From: Nitrospinota bacterium | GTDB taxonomy: Bacteria > UBA8248 | Assembly (NCBI GenBank): GCA_036231405.1 | Contig: JAZAHK010000003.1 | Span: 1-64,000, forward strand | Length of the DNA: 64,000 bases | Reading direction: 5' to 3' | In this document: positions 18,811-28,082 of the stretch, one piece after another | How positions within the stretch are numbered: position 1 is the stretch's first letter | How the letters are laid out: each line of letters begins with the position of its first letter | The notes under the pieces: model-generated | The model's input: the letters and a program-made list of their open reading frames with translations, nothing else | Database searches by the model: none | What the model was told of the DNA's origin: nothing | Position numbers and translations under genes: made by a program

Positions 18811-19704
18811 TCAGACACGTAAAAAAATATCTGCAATACCACCTAATGAAATGAAAATTGAAACCAAGGCATTAAGATTGAAAAAAGAAATATTAACCTT
18901 ACTTAGGTCATTTGGTTTTACAATGTAATGTTCCCAAAACAAAAGGAAAGAGGCGAGTCCCAAACCAATCCAATAAAAAATCCCTAGTTCCAACAAACTT
19001 CCAGCAAGGAAAAAAAATACTACGGAAAGAATATGGATAAAAATAGAAATAAGGAGTGAAAGTTGTATCCCTAGGAAAGCTGGAACAGAGAACAGTCCTT
19101 CATTTTTATCAAATTCCTCATCCACACATGAATAAATAAGATCAAATCCAGCAACCCAGAGCAAGACACCTGAGAAAAGAAAGACAGGTGCTAAACCTAG
19201 TTCCCCCCGGACAGCAATCCAGGCACCTGCTGGTGCACTACCAAGGACGAAACCAAGAATAAAATGTGTAAATGAAGTAAAACGTTTCGAATAGCTATAT
19301 ATTATAATTACAAAGAAGACTAGAAAGGAAAGATAAAATGAAAGATTATTTAGCATCCAGGATGAAAAAAAAAATAAAAATGAAAAAAAGACCATAACAG
19401 GCCATACATAAAAAGAATCCAAGAGAGGGAGATAAATTGAACGATTTTCAGTTCTTGGATTTTTGTAGTCCAAGTTTCTATCTGCATAACGATTTAGGAC
19501 CATCGCAAAATTTCTAGCACCAATCACAGCAAGTATGATCCAAAATAAAATGCTCAAATCAGGAATTCCACGTGCGGCAAGTACAGCACCAAGTAAAACA
19601 AAAGGCAACCCAAAAACGGTATGTTCAAACTTCACCATCTCGAGATATTTCCTAAAACTCAACAAAAAGCTCCTTACGTAATTTAAAACCCATACTCTTT
19701 CCAT
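18811..19704 (-). CDS. mqnP: UbiA-family prenyltransferase (MqnP-type)
   Basis: KFEHTVF, NRYADRNLDYKNPRT, YSYSKRF and GFDLIY motifs. Confidence 0.82.
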   Translation of the reverse strand: MERVWVLNYVRSFLLSFRKYLEMVKFEHTVFGLPFVLLGAVLAARGIPDLSILFWIILAVIGARNFAMVLNRYADRNLDYKNPRTENRSIYLPLLDSFYVWPVMVFFSFLFFFSSWMLNNLSFYLSFLVFFVIIIYSYSKRFTSFTHFILGFVLGSAPAGAWIAVRGELGLAPVFLFSGVLLWVAGFDLIYSCVDEEFDKNEGLFSVPAFLGIQLSLLISIFIHILSVVFFFLAGSLLELGIFYWIGLGLASFLLFWEHYIVKPNDLSKVNISFFNLNALVSIFISLGGIADIFLRV

Positions 19705-21140
19705 CTTTTAGAAACCAACGAAATGATTTCCTCGTTCATTGCTATCACATCAGGCCAACGTCTATTAAAGCCCTCTTCTTTCCATTTTTTAGTCCCGTCA
19801 ATCCCCACTTTACTTCCTATATGAGGCATGTTAGATGCATGCTCCAATGCATCTACAGGACCATCAATAAACATCAGGTCTCTTCTTGGATCAATACTAC
19901 CAAGAACTTTCCATGCTACTTCACTGGTATCATGAACATTCACATCATCGTCTACTATTACAATTATCTTAGAAAGGGACATTTGCCCCATGCCCCAGAG
20001 TGCGGACATAACCTTCCGAGCATGATAAGGAAACGATTTTTTAATCGAAACTATCACCATATTATGAAAGACCCCTTCAGAGGGCATATGAACATCCACG
20101 ATTTCAGGCAATTGCATTTTCATCAATGGAAGAAAAATTCTACCAGAAGCCTTACCTAGCCAATAATCCTCCATTGGAGGTTTCCCAACTATAGTAGTTG
20201 GGTAAATCGGATTTTCTTTACGTGTAATGGCAGTAACGTGAAACACTGGATAATCATCCTCTAGGGAATACCATCCTGTGTGATCTCCAAATGGACCTTC
20301 TTCGCGTAACTCTCCAGGATTAAGATAACCCTCAATCACAATATCGGAACTTGCAGGGACTTCCACATCAACTGTCTTACATTTAACAAGTTCCACACTC
20401 TTTCTTCTAAGGAAACCCGCTAAACTTAATTCATCAATACCGGGTGGAAGAGGAGCACTTGCCGCATAAACAAGAACTGGATCACCCCCAAGAGCAATCG
20501 CCATTTCCATTTTTTTCCCCTCTCTCGAACTAGCTAGAAAGTTCTGTGCTCCATCGTGATGCAAATGCATATGCATACCCGCAGTTTTAGAGTCAAAGAT
20601 CTGTACCCTATATAGACCCACATTCCTTCTGTTAGTTAATGGATTTCTAGAATAAATATGCCCAAATGTAATATAACGTCCACCATCATCAGGCCAACAC
20701 TTCAAAGCAGGAATTGAAAACAGATCTGGATTATCTGTCTCTACATATCGCTGACATGGTGCAGTACCCACATTTTTCGGTGAAAACGAACTGATCCTTG
20801 CCAACTTAGGTAGCATTTTCACCTTTTCAACCAGTCCTTCAGGTGGTTTGATTTCCAGCAAATCGGCAATCTCGTCGGCCACATCATCCAGACTTTCAAT
20901 TCCTAATGCCATATTCATACGATCGTCAGACGCATATGCATTGATTAAAACTGGAATATCAAAAATATTTCCATCTTTGTCTACAGGTTTTTCAAAAAGT
21001 AAGGCAGGACCGGAAGATTTGACATTTCTATCTGCAATTTCAGTGATTTCAAGTTCCACCGAAACAGGCACAGAGATACGTTTCAAATGATTTGAAAGTT
21101 CGAGTTTATCTACAAATTCAGATAATGCAGAATATCCCAT
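19683..21140 (-). CDS. mqnL: Menaquinone biosynthesis decarboxylase (UbiD family, MqnL-type)
   Basis: WPDDGGRYIT, EGPFGDHTG, GKPPMED and GSKVGIDGT motifs; next to mqnP and menG. Confidence 0.85.
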   Translation of the reverse strand: MGYSALSEFVDKLELSNHLKRISVPVSVELEITEIADRNVKSSGPALLFEKPVDKDGNIFDIPVLINAYASDDRMNMALGIESLDDVADEIADLLEIKPPEGLVEKVKMLPKLARISSFSPKNVGTAPCQRYVETDNPDLFSIPALKCWPDDGGRYITFGHIYSRNPLTNRRNVGLYRVQIFDSKTAGMHMHLHHDGAQNFLASSREGKKMEMAIALGGDPVLVYAASAPLPPGIDELSLAGFLRRKSVELVKCKTVDVEVPASSDIVIEGYLNPGELREEGPFGDHTGWYSLEDDYPVFHVTAITRKENPIYPTTIVGKPPMEDYWLGKASGRIFLPLMKMQLPEIVDVHMPSEGVFHNMVIVSIKKSFPYHARKVMSALWGMGQMSLSKIIVIVDDDVNVHDTSEVAWKVLGSIDPRRDLMFIDGPVDALEHASNMPHIGSKVGIDGTKKWKEEGFNRRWPDVIAMNEEIISLVSKRWKEYGF

Positions 21141-21150
21141 GATCGAAAAA

Positions 21151-21435
21151 CTAGTCCAAAACTTTTGGCACTAAAAAGCACCCGTTTCTAAATTCTGGAG
21201 CCAACTCTTCTAATTGGTCGATCTTAGTCTCGTCTACAATATCTTCCCTGAAAACATTCTTAATACTTAACACATGAGAAGTAGGTGGAGTATCAGTTGT
21301 ATCTAATTCATTCAAACTCGAAATATAGTCCAAAATTGTTCCTAATTGTTCGGTCATCTCTCCAAACTCATTCTCTTTAAAATCTAACCTAGCAAGACGG
21401 GAGACATGAACAACATCATCAAAGGAAATAGACAT
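21151..21435 (-). CDS. gatC: Asp-tRNA(Asn)/Glu-tRNA(Gln) amidotransferase subunit C
   Basis: VHVSRLARL, ILDYISSLNELDT, NVFRED and VPKVL motifs. Confidence 0.92.
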   Translation of the reverse strand: MSISFDDVVHVSRLARLDFKENEFGEMTEQLGTILDYISSLNELDTTDTPPTSHVLSIKNVFREDIVDETKIDQLEELAPEFRNGCFLVPKVLD

Positions 21436-21522
21436 CCTACCACCTAAGTAATTAAGTTGAAGTTAAAAACAAAAATACACTGCGTAATCATAAGATTTTA
21501 AAACGAAAAAGTAAATGAAACC

Positions 21523-22320
21523 CTAGAGTCTAATGTCTGATTCCACTGTCTTATTATGTCTAGTACGTATCAATTTTCGTTCTGCATAAATTCCTTTTTT
21601 CACGTTCGTGTTAGGGGCAACCCAACATCCTTTCCCAAGTAAAGTTCCTGGAGAGGTAACGACGTTACAACCTGTTTCCACTCCATCTCCTATAATAGCG
21701 CCAAATTTTCTTAGCCCTGTGTCTAATTCTTCTCCACCGGAATGAATTTTTATAGTTTTAGGATATTTTTCACCGGTGACAAGGTCTAAGTTTTTCTCTT
21801 CAAATGTTCTAAACTCTAAGTTAGCTAGTTTTGTACCGGCACCTAAATTAGAAAAACTACCCAGAATACTGTCTCCTACGTAAGCGAAGTGACCTGCTTC
21901 GGCTTCTGACATGAAGATGCTATTTTTCACTTCTGTAACATGACCCACCACCGCGTTTTCTCCAATCAAACATGTTTCTCTAAGGTATGCACCATGACGA
22001 ATTTTACATCCTTTCGATAATTTACAGGTTCCTTTAATCAGAACTCCGGGCTCAATTTCAACTCCTTCTTCAATTAAAATATTAAGAGAAGAGATTTTAA
22101 AAGTTTTTGAAGAAATAAAAGTCCCAGTGCTTACTACTCCTTGATCGTCGGCTTGTAATCCTTTCATATCTAGTTTCTCTCCCTCTGGGAGATCAGAATT
22201 ATGAATCAAGGAAATTAAATTTTCATCCAAAGAACCAATTATCTCCCATACAAAACTAACATCACTATTTGGAAACTGTTCTAAATCAATAAAATAATCT
22301 TTAGGAAGAACACTAGACAT
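21523..22320 (-). CDS. Hexapeptide-repeat (LbH) acetyltransferase resembling the archaeal GlmU C-terminal domain
   Basis: RHGAYLR, EVKNS, HFAYVGDSILG, NLGAGT and RKFGAIIGD motifs; ATG 22320 overlaps the upstream stop (TAATG). Confidence 0.8.
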   Translation of the reverse strand: MSSVLPKDYFIDLEQFPNSDVSFVWEIIGSLDENLISLIHNSDLPEGEKLDMKGLQADDQGVVSTGTFISSKTFKISSLNILIEEGVEIEPGVLIKGTCKLSKGCKIRHGAYLRETCLIGENAVVGHVTEVKNSIFMSEAEAGHFAYVGDSILGSFSNLGAGTKLANLEFRTFEEKNLDLVTGEKYPKTIKIHSGGEELDTGLRKFGAIIGDGVETGCNVVTSPGTLLGKGCWVAPNTNVKKGIYAERKLIRTRHNKTVESDIRL

Positions 22321-24236
22321 TAAAATTTCTCCGAGAAAGATTGTCCTAAATCTGTAGAACAAAAAGAATTATCTTTTAAAACTACTAATCCACCACTTAT
22401 TGCATTTTTATAAATCTGTTTCAAATCAATTATCTCTAAAATTGATTCATCCAATCTGCTAATTATTTTTTCTTCTAAAAAATCACCCTGACCAACCATT
22501 TCTAGAAAAATCTTCTCAACTTTACAAAAACTATTCTCTTTATTTTTCAAAAATGAAAACATCGTAGGGAAAAACGAGTCAAAAACTTTTCTCAAAAATT
22601 CTTGAACCTCTAAATCTCCTTTTAAAACCAAACTTATCTTATCTTCAGTTCCTGAGTTACGTATATAAATTGACCCTCGAACATTATCTTTTAAATCCAG
22701 AATATCAACATAAATCATATCTTCACAGTTCTTAAATTTTTCCCATTTAACACTAAAATCTGAAGGCAAAACTGTAAAAAGTACGTCTTCAAGAGCATTA
22801 GAAATTGATTTTCGAATTTTGGAACCATCTAATAAATTTTCCTTTTTTACATAGTAAATACTGGATGATGATTTATATTCTCTTTCAAAAGGAAGCTTAA
22901 GAAAATTATAAAAGTCTTCTATATCCTTACTACGCTGTAAAACCATAATTGAAGCAACAGTATTAACAAAACTTTTATAACCATCTCCAACATAGGCATG
23001 ATGAACTGTACCGGAAGAATCCGTAAGAAGACTTCGAACAATTGTATGTCCGGACTCCTCTCCACCAATTAAAAAATCATCCTTAAATTCACATGGCTTC
23101 TCTAAAATCCATTTATCACCAACGGGAGTGAAAGCAACGCGGAACCCTAATTTAGAAAGATATTTTGCTGCTCCCATATTGCTTTCAATAGTTAGTGCTG
23201 CAATTTTTTTCGAAGATAATTCACCCGCCATTGAAAGAAAGGTAGCCTGAAGTACGATACATGAATCACCATTCAAAACAATCAGAGAATCATCTAAAGG
23301 ATTATAAATTAAAGTATACGACCTATCTCCATCAGCATCGAAAATTCCTGCAACAGCTACTCCTTTTCCATTCTTTAATTCCTCTCTCCTTTTCCTCCCA
23401 TTCTCAAATAATGCAGAGATGCCAGAGTGGGAGTGAATAATATCAGTTTGATTTGGAAAAATGTTCTGAAGGTTTCCCAATGGAACCACTCCTCCTCCTT
23501 CATTCACGCGACCATCACTCAAAGTATTCACTTCAACGCATTCAAATGGATGAAATTCACGAGATATTTCGGAAGCTAGACCACTCCAAGCACCACATGC
23601 ACTATCAATTACCAAAGTAGTACTGGAAAGTGCTGCAGGATCTAACCACGAATTTGATCGATTTAAAAGGTGCTGCTTATAGAATTCTTTTGATTCAGAA
23701 GAGGAATCAAAAAAATCTGATTTTAATGGCATGGAATTAACCTCATCCCAAGATATTCCCCAAAATATTTCATTCAACGCATCTTCTTCATCAGGAAATA
23801 GTTTTCGATAATCCGGAGAAATAAAAACTTTAACGCCATTTTGATTATAAGGATTATGAGATGCTGTAAGAACAATCACACCAGCTGCACCAACTGCCAT
23901 GGCGTAGGTGACTGCTACAGGAGTTGGCGCAATCGATAGTGAAAGTATGCTTGCATTAGATTTCTGCAGTCCCTTCATTGCAGACGTATAAAAAGCGCCA
24001 TTTTCATCTCTTGGATCCATTGCAAAAACAATTGCAGAGGGAGAAATTAATTTTTCGGATGATCTTTCAAGTAAAAAACGAGAACAAGCAAAAACATAGT
24101 GTTCAATGAACTTTTCTGTCAGATACCCTTTTTTAATAAAAAGTTCCTGGTAAGCATTGGGATTTTTAGGCGAATCACTCTCAGAGAAAATAAACCCTCT
24201 TATTCCATCAGTTCCCTGTAATCTAATAGATCGCAT
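22320..24236 (-). CDS. glmM: Divergent phosphoglucosamine/phosphohexose mutase
   Basis: GTDGIRG, TASHNP, DADGDR, VGDK, GGEESGH and RNSGTE motifs; adjacent to glmS. Confidence 0.75.
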   Translation of the reverse strand: MRSIRLQGTDGIRGFIFSESDSPKNPNAYQELFIKKGYLTEKFIEHYVFACSRFLLERSSEKLISPSAIVFAMDPRDENGAFYTSAMKGLQKSNASILSLSIAPTPVAVTYAMAVGAAGVIVLTASHNPYNQNGVKVFISPDYRKLFPDEEDALNEIFWGISWDEVNSMPLKSDFFDSSSESKEFYKQHLLNRSNSWLDPAALSSTTLVIDSACGAWSGLASEISREFHPFECVEVNTLSDGRVNEGGGVVPLGNLQNIFPNQTDIIHSHSGISALFENGRKRREELKNGKGVAVAGIFDADGDRSYTLIYNPLDDSLIVLNGDSCIVLQATFLSMAGELSSKKIAALTIESNMGAAKYLSKLGFRVAFTPVGDKWILEKPCEFKDDFLIGGEESGHTIVRSLLTDSSGTVHHAYVGDGYKSFVNTVASIMVLQRSKDIEDFYNFLKLPFEREYKSSSSIYYVKKENLLDGSKIRKSISNALEDVLFTVLPSDFSVKWEKFKNCEDMIYVDILDLKDNVRGSIYIRNSGTEDKISLVLKGDLEVQEFLRKVFDSFFPTMFSFLKNKENSFCKVEKIFLEMVGQGDFLEEKIISRLDESILEIIDLKQIYKNAISGGLVVLKDNSFCSTDLGQSFSEKF

Positions 24237-24247
24237 TTAAAAAAGAG

Positions 24248-26071
24248 TTAAGCTACTGTAACTGATTTAGCTAAAGAACGAGGACGATCAACATTCCTTT
24301 TTAGTCCTACTGCCATGTAATAGGATAAAAGTTGACCAGATAGAAGATGAAGAAACGGAGCTTGTAACAACGATACAGTTGGAAGAATTATTTCGTCACT
24401 TAGTAGGTCCTTCGGAAAACTATCGTCAGCAAATCTTATTCCTAAAACGAAACCTCCCCTTGCTCGAATCTCTTGTATACTGTTTAGAGTTAGATTATAA
24501 AGCTCTTCTTGTTCCTTCGGTGGGATCAAAACTACAGTATTCACATTTTCATCGATTAGAGAAATGGTTCCATGTTTCAAAAAGCCCGCGCTCATACCTT
24601 CAGCATGTAAATAGGTAACTTCTTTCATCTTGAGAGCACATTCGAGTGCTACAGGAAAGTAAATCCCTCTTCCGACAAAGATCCAATTTCGCATCTTTAA
24701 ATGTTTTTGAGCAAATGAATGGAAAAATCCGGATCGCTCATCAAGTGTTTCTGTTATTAGGTCAGAGACGACGGAAATTTCATCTCTGATTTCTTTGACT
24801 CTTTTTTCGTCTATTATTTTTCTCAACAAAGCTAACTCTGTGGAAATCAAAAGAAGAATAACAGATTGACTTAGCGCAGCTTTTGTACTGATCACTGAAA
24901 CTTCTGGTCCTGCACCCTGCATTATGCATTTGTCAACTGATCTAACTAGAGTTGAACCCATTACATTAACGATACCAGCGGTTTTAACATTATTCTTCTT
25001 AGCATATGCCACTGCGTTCAACGTATCAAAAGTCTCTCCTGACTGACTTACAACAATCAATGAACTTTTAGGTCCTGGTTTAATCAAATGTACAAATTCA
25101 TCTGTACTAATTGCAGGCATAAAATAATGTGACAGATCATTGAAAAAATACTGCCCTAATGAAGCAACGTAAAAAGTCGTCCCAACTCCTGCAATAAAAC
25201 TTCCGCTGCTAGATTCAATAAAACTAGCAAAATCCGAGAGTTCTTTCCTAGGGATGTCTAAAGCAGATTTAATCGTGGATGGTTGATCGTAAATTTCCTT
25301 AAGCATGTAGTGTGAAAATGATCCTCTGTCAGACATCGAAGCTTCCCAAGGTATCTCGGTTACTTTTTTTTCGATTAGATTACAAGTGTTTGTCTCTTTA
25401 ATAACACAATCTCTTTCGTTAACTAGAGCATACTCTCCGTCATCAAGAATTATCGAACTCTGCGTAAAAGGCAGAAAAGCACTAAAATCCGAACCAATAA
25501 AATTTGCCCCTTCCCCTAAGCCAATACTTAAAGGACTACCCTTCTTTGCACAGAGAATTGTTCCTGGGATATTTACTGAGATAACAGCAATAGCAAAAGT
25601 CCCCTGTATTTTCGTCAATACTTTAACGAATGAGGTTTCAAAATCCAATCCTTCCTGTTCTTGCAAAAACGAAATCATATGGGCAATAACTTCAGAATCT
25701 GTATCAGATTGAAATGTCACCCCTTCTTCAATAAGAATTTCACGAAGTTCATTATAATTTGAAATTATTCCGTTATGAACAAGTGCAAGATTATTCCTGT
25801 TATCGGTATGAGGATGAGCGTTTCTCTTAGAAACATCCCCATGTGTTGCCCATCTAGTATGCGCTATTCCGATACTACCAGGCATTTCTAGAAATTGTTC
25901 TTTTGAATTAACTGATTCTACGGTTCCAATATTTTTTCGAACTTCTATAGAACCGTTACAATGGGTAGCCATACCACAAGAATCATACCCTCTATATTCA
26001 AGAGAGGTTATGGATCGCAACAGTCTTTTAGATACGTCAGAAGAGGAAACAATTCCCGCAATGCCACACAT
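24248..26071 (-). CDS. glmS: Glutamine-fructose-6-phosphate aminotransferase
   Basis: MCGI, EYRGYDS, HTRWATHG, SQSGET and PRSLAKSVTV motifs. Confidence 0.96.
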   Translation of the reverse strand: MCGIAGIVSSSDVSKRLLRSITSLEYRGYDSCGMATHCNGSIEVRKNIGTVESVNSKEQFLEMPGSIGIAHTRWATHGDVSKRNAHPHTDNRNNLALVHNGIISNYNELREILIEEGVTFQSDTDSEVIAHMISFLQEQEGLDFETSFVKVLTKIQGTFAIAVISVNIPGTILCAKKGSPLSIGLGEGANFIGSDFSAFLPFTQSSIILDDGEYALVNERDCVIKETNTCNLIEKKVTEIPWEASMSDRGSFSHYMLKEIYDQPSTIKSALDIPRKELSDFASFIESSSGSFIAGVGTTFYVASLGQYFFNDLSHYFMPAISTDEFVHLIKPGPKSSLIVVSQSGETFDTLNAVAYAKKNNVKTAGIVNVMGSTLVRSVDKCIMQGAGPEVSVISTKAALSQSVILLLISTELALLRKIIDEKRVKEIRDEISVVSDLITETLDERSGFFHSFAQKHLKMRNWIFVGRGIYFPVALECALKMKEVTYLHAEGMSAGFLKHGTISLIDENVNTVVLIPPKEQEELYNLTLNSIQEIRARGGFVLGIRFADDSFPKDLLSDEIILPTVSLLQAPFLHLLSGQLLSYYMAVGLKRNVDRPRSLAKSVTVA

Positions 26072-27270
26072 TATTTGTCCCCTGATGGGAAGGTTATGAA
26101 AGGAGAAACAGAAGATTCTGCAGGTAAAATTGAACCTGGGGCGAAAGTATTAGACGCTCCAATCTTACAACCATCGCCAATTAAAGAACCTAATTTCTCC
26201 AAACCAGTGTCTTCTAATCCTGAGGGCATTAAAACCTTGACAAATTCATCTTCAGCTTGATTTAAAGTCATTGTACCTGAACCAAATTCAGTCTTTTCAC
26301 CTACAACGCTATCCCCTATAAAGGAAAGTCGCCCAACTCTTGAATTCCCCATCAAAATACAATTTTTCAGTTCTACGCCAAAACCAATTACAGAACTTGG
26401 ACCTATCGATGTATATGGACGAATTAAAACTCCATTTCCTACATACGAATCTTTACCTATAAAACAGGGACCAAAAATAGAAGTGCCATCTTCTATTATT
26501 ACATTGGATTCAATAACTACAGGACCTCTAAATTGAATTGAACCACGCAGTTGAACAGAAGTATCTACGTTCGCCACATTCCATGCGTCCATCAGCATCT
26601 TATTCACATTCAAAAGTTCCCAGGGCCATTGTGGATCCAACCAACCCTGTTCCCAAATTGCACTTGCTAACCCACTGTCAGCAACCAAAGAATTCAAGGA
26701 TTCATCTATTTCCATTTCTGATAAAAGCTCAAAAAAGGATTTTGGTAAAATGAAAGCTCCAGATAAAACATAGTTTGCAATCTCTTTCTTAGAAGGCTTT
26801 TCAACCACTCTTCTTATGCTCAAATCTGTATTAAGAAATACGGTGCCAAAATCCTCTGCCCTATTTGTATGGGTTATTGCTGCGACAGGTTTTCCTGAAG
26901 AAGAAAAAATACCAAAAACATTTTCAAAAACGTTGCCCGAACTACAAGAATCTGGATAAACTAACATAAAGAATTCATCCTGAAATAGACTTTTAGTCAT
27001 CAAAATAGCATCCCTAATACCTGTTGGCTCGTCTTGACGAACATATTGTATTGTTAAACCCATTCTCTCTCCTGTACCAAAATGATCGACAATTTGCTCT
27101 CCAAACCTCCCAATGACGACAACCACTTCCTTAATCCCTATATCCTTAATTTTTCCTATCGCAGATTCTAAAAAATTTGTATTGGCAATCGGCAACAATA
27201 CTTTCGGCCTACTCGAAGTAAATGGGTATAGATTTTCTCCACCGAATGCAGATAAAATTAAAGCCTTCAC
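26071..27270 (-). CDS. Archaeal-type bifunctional GlmU-like protein (nucleotidyltransferase + LbH) with a degenerate N-terminal signature
   Basis: RPKVLLPIAN, YVRQ, VEKP and PWELL motifs; LbH region ELKNC...SFIGDS...KLGSLIGD. Confidence 0.8.
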   Translation of the reverse strand: MKALILSAFGGENLYPFTSSRPKVLLPIANTNFLESAIGKIKDIGIKEVVVVIGRFGEQIVDHFGTGERMGLTIQYVRQDEPTGIRDAILMTKSLFQDEFFMLVYPDSCSSGNVFENVFGIFSSSGKPVAAITHTNRAEDFGTVFLNTDLSIRRVVEKPSKKEIANYVLSGAFILPKSFFELLSEMEIDESLNSLVADSGLASAIWEQGWLDPQWPWELLNVNKMLMDAWNVANVDTSVQLRGSIQFRGPVVIESNVIIEDGTSIFGPCFIGKDSYVGNGVLIRPYTSIGPSSVIGFGVELKNCILMGNSRVGRLSFIGDSVVGEKTEFGSGTMTLNQAEDEFVKVLMPSGLEDTGLEKLGSLIGDGCKIGASNTFAPGSILPAESSVSPFITFPSGDK

Positions 27271-27326
27271 ATATCACCTCAAAGAATCAAAAAAATTTAA
27301 TCAAAAAAAAGATTTTAATGCATACT

Positions 27327-28082
27327 TCAAGAAACTTCTAGGTTTTTTAAATCTTCTAGCGTATTTACTCCCATAACTTCTTTTTCATTTTCCGTTTGGA
27401 TAGATCCGACTTCTATTTTATCGGAAATTGCCATTTTGAATAGATCCGTTAAATAATACTCATTCTGAGCATTAAAATTCTTTAATTTTGGAAGATACTC
27501 TCTTAAAAACTCAATCCGGAAAACATAAGTGCCAGTGTTTACTTCAGAAATAAGCAATTGATCTTCAAGAGCATCCTTATCCTCTACTATACCCACAATC
27601 CTACTATTTTTACCATTAGCCCTTAAAATTCTTCCATAACCAGAGGGATCTTTCAAAAAAGTTGTTAACATAGTAGCGGAATAATTCCCTTTCCTATGTT
27701 TTTGTAACAATTTTTTCGAAGTTTTTGAGCTTAACAAGGGGACATCACCACTCAAAACAATCGTATCACCGTTGTCTTCACTTAAATTTGACAAGGCAAT
27801 GGAAACAGCATGACCTGTCCCTGACTGAACTTTCTGGTGTGCAAAACGTAAATTTTGAACATTCCTTCCACTTAACACACTCTTCTTAACTTGATCTGAC
27901 TTATATCCTAGAACAACAACTATTTCTTTTGGATTTAGTTCAAAAGCATTATTCAAAACGGATAAAATCATAGGTACTCCATGAACATTATGAAGAACCT
28001 TAGGGATTTGGGAAAACATTCTTTCCCCTTTTCCGGCTGCGAGAATAATCACAGACAATGGATCGGGAGACAAAAGAATCAA
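27327..28082 (-). CDS. glmU: Stand-alone GlmU N-terminal uridyltransferase domain
   Basis: LAAGKGERM, PKVLH, GTGHAV, GDVPL, GYGRI, EVNTG and NAQNEYYLTD motifs; no LbH domain. Confidence 0.8.
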   Translation of the reverse strand: MILLSPDPLSVIILAAGKGERMFSQIPKVLHNVHGVPMILSVLNNAFELNPKEIVVVLGYKSDQVKKSVLSGRNVQNLRFAHQKVQSGTGHAVSIALSNLSEDNGDTIVLSGDVPLLSSKTSKKLLQKHRKGNYSATMLTTFLKDPSGYGRILRANGKNSRIVGIVEDKDALEDQLLISEVNTGTYVFRIEFLREYLPKLKNFNAQNEYYLTDLFKMAISDKIEVGSIQTENEKEVMGVNTLEDLKNLEVS

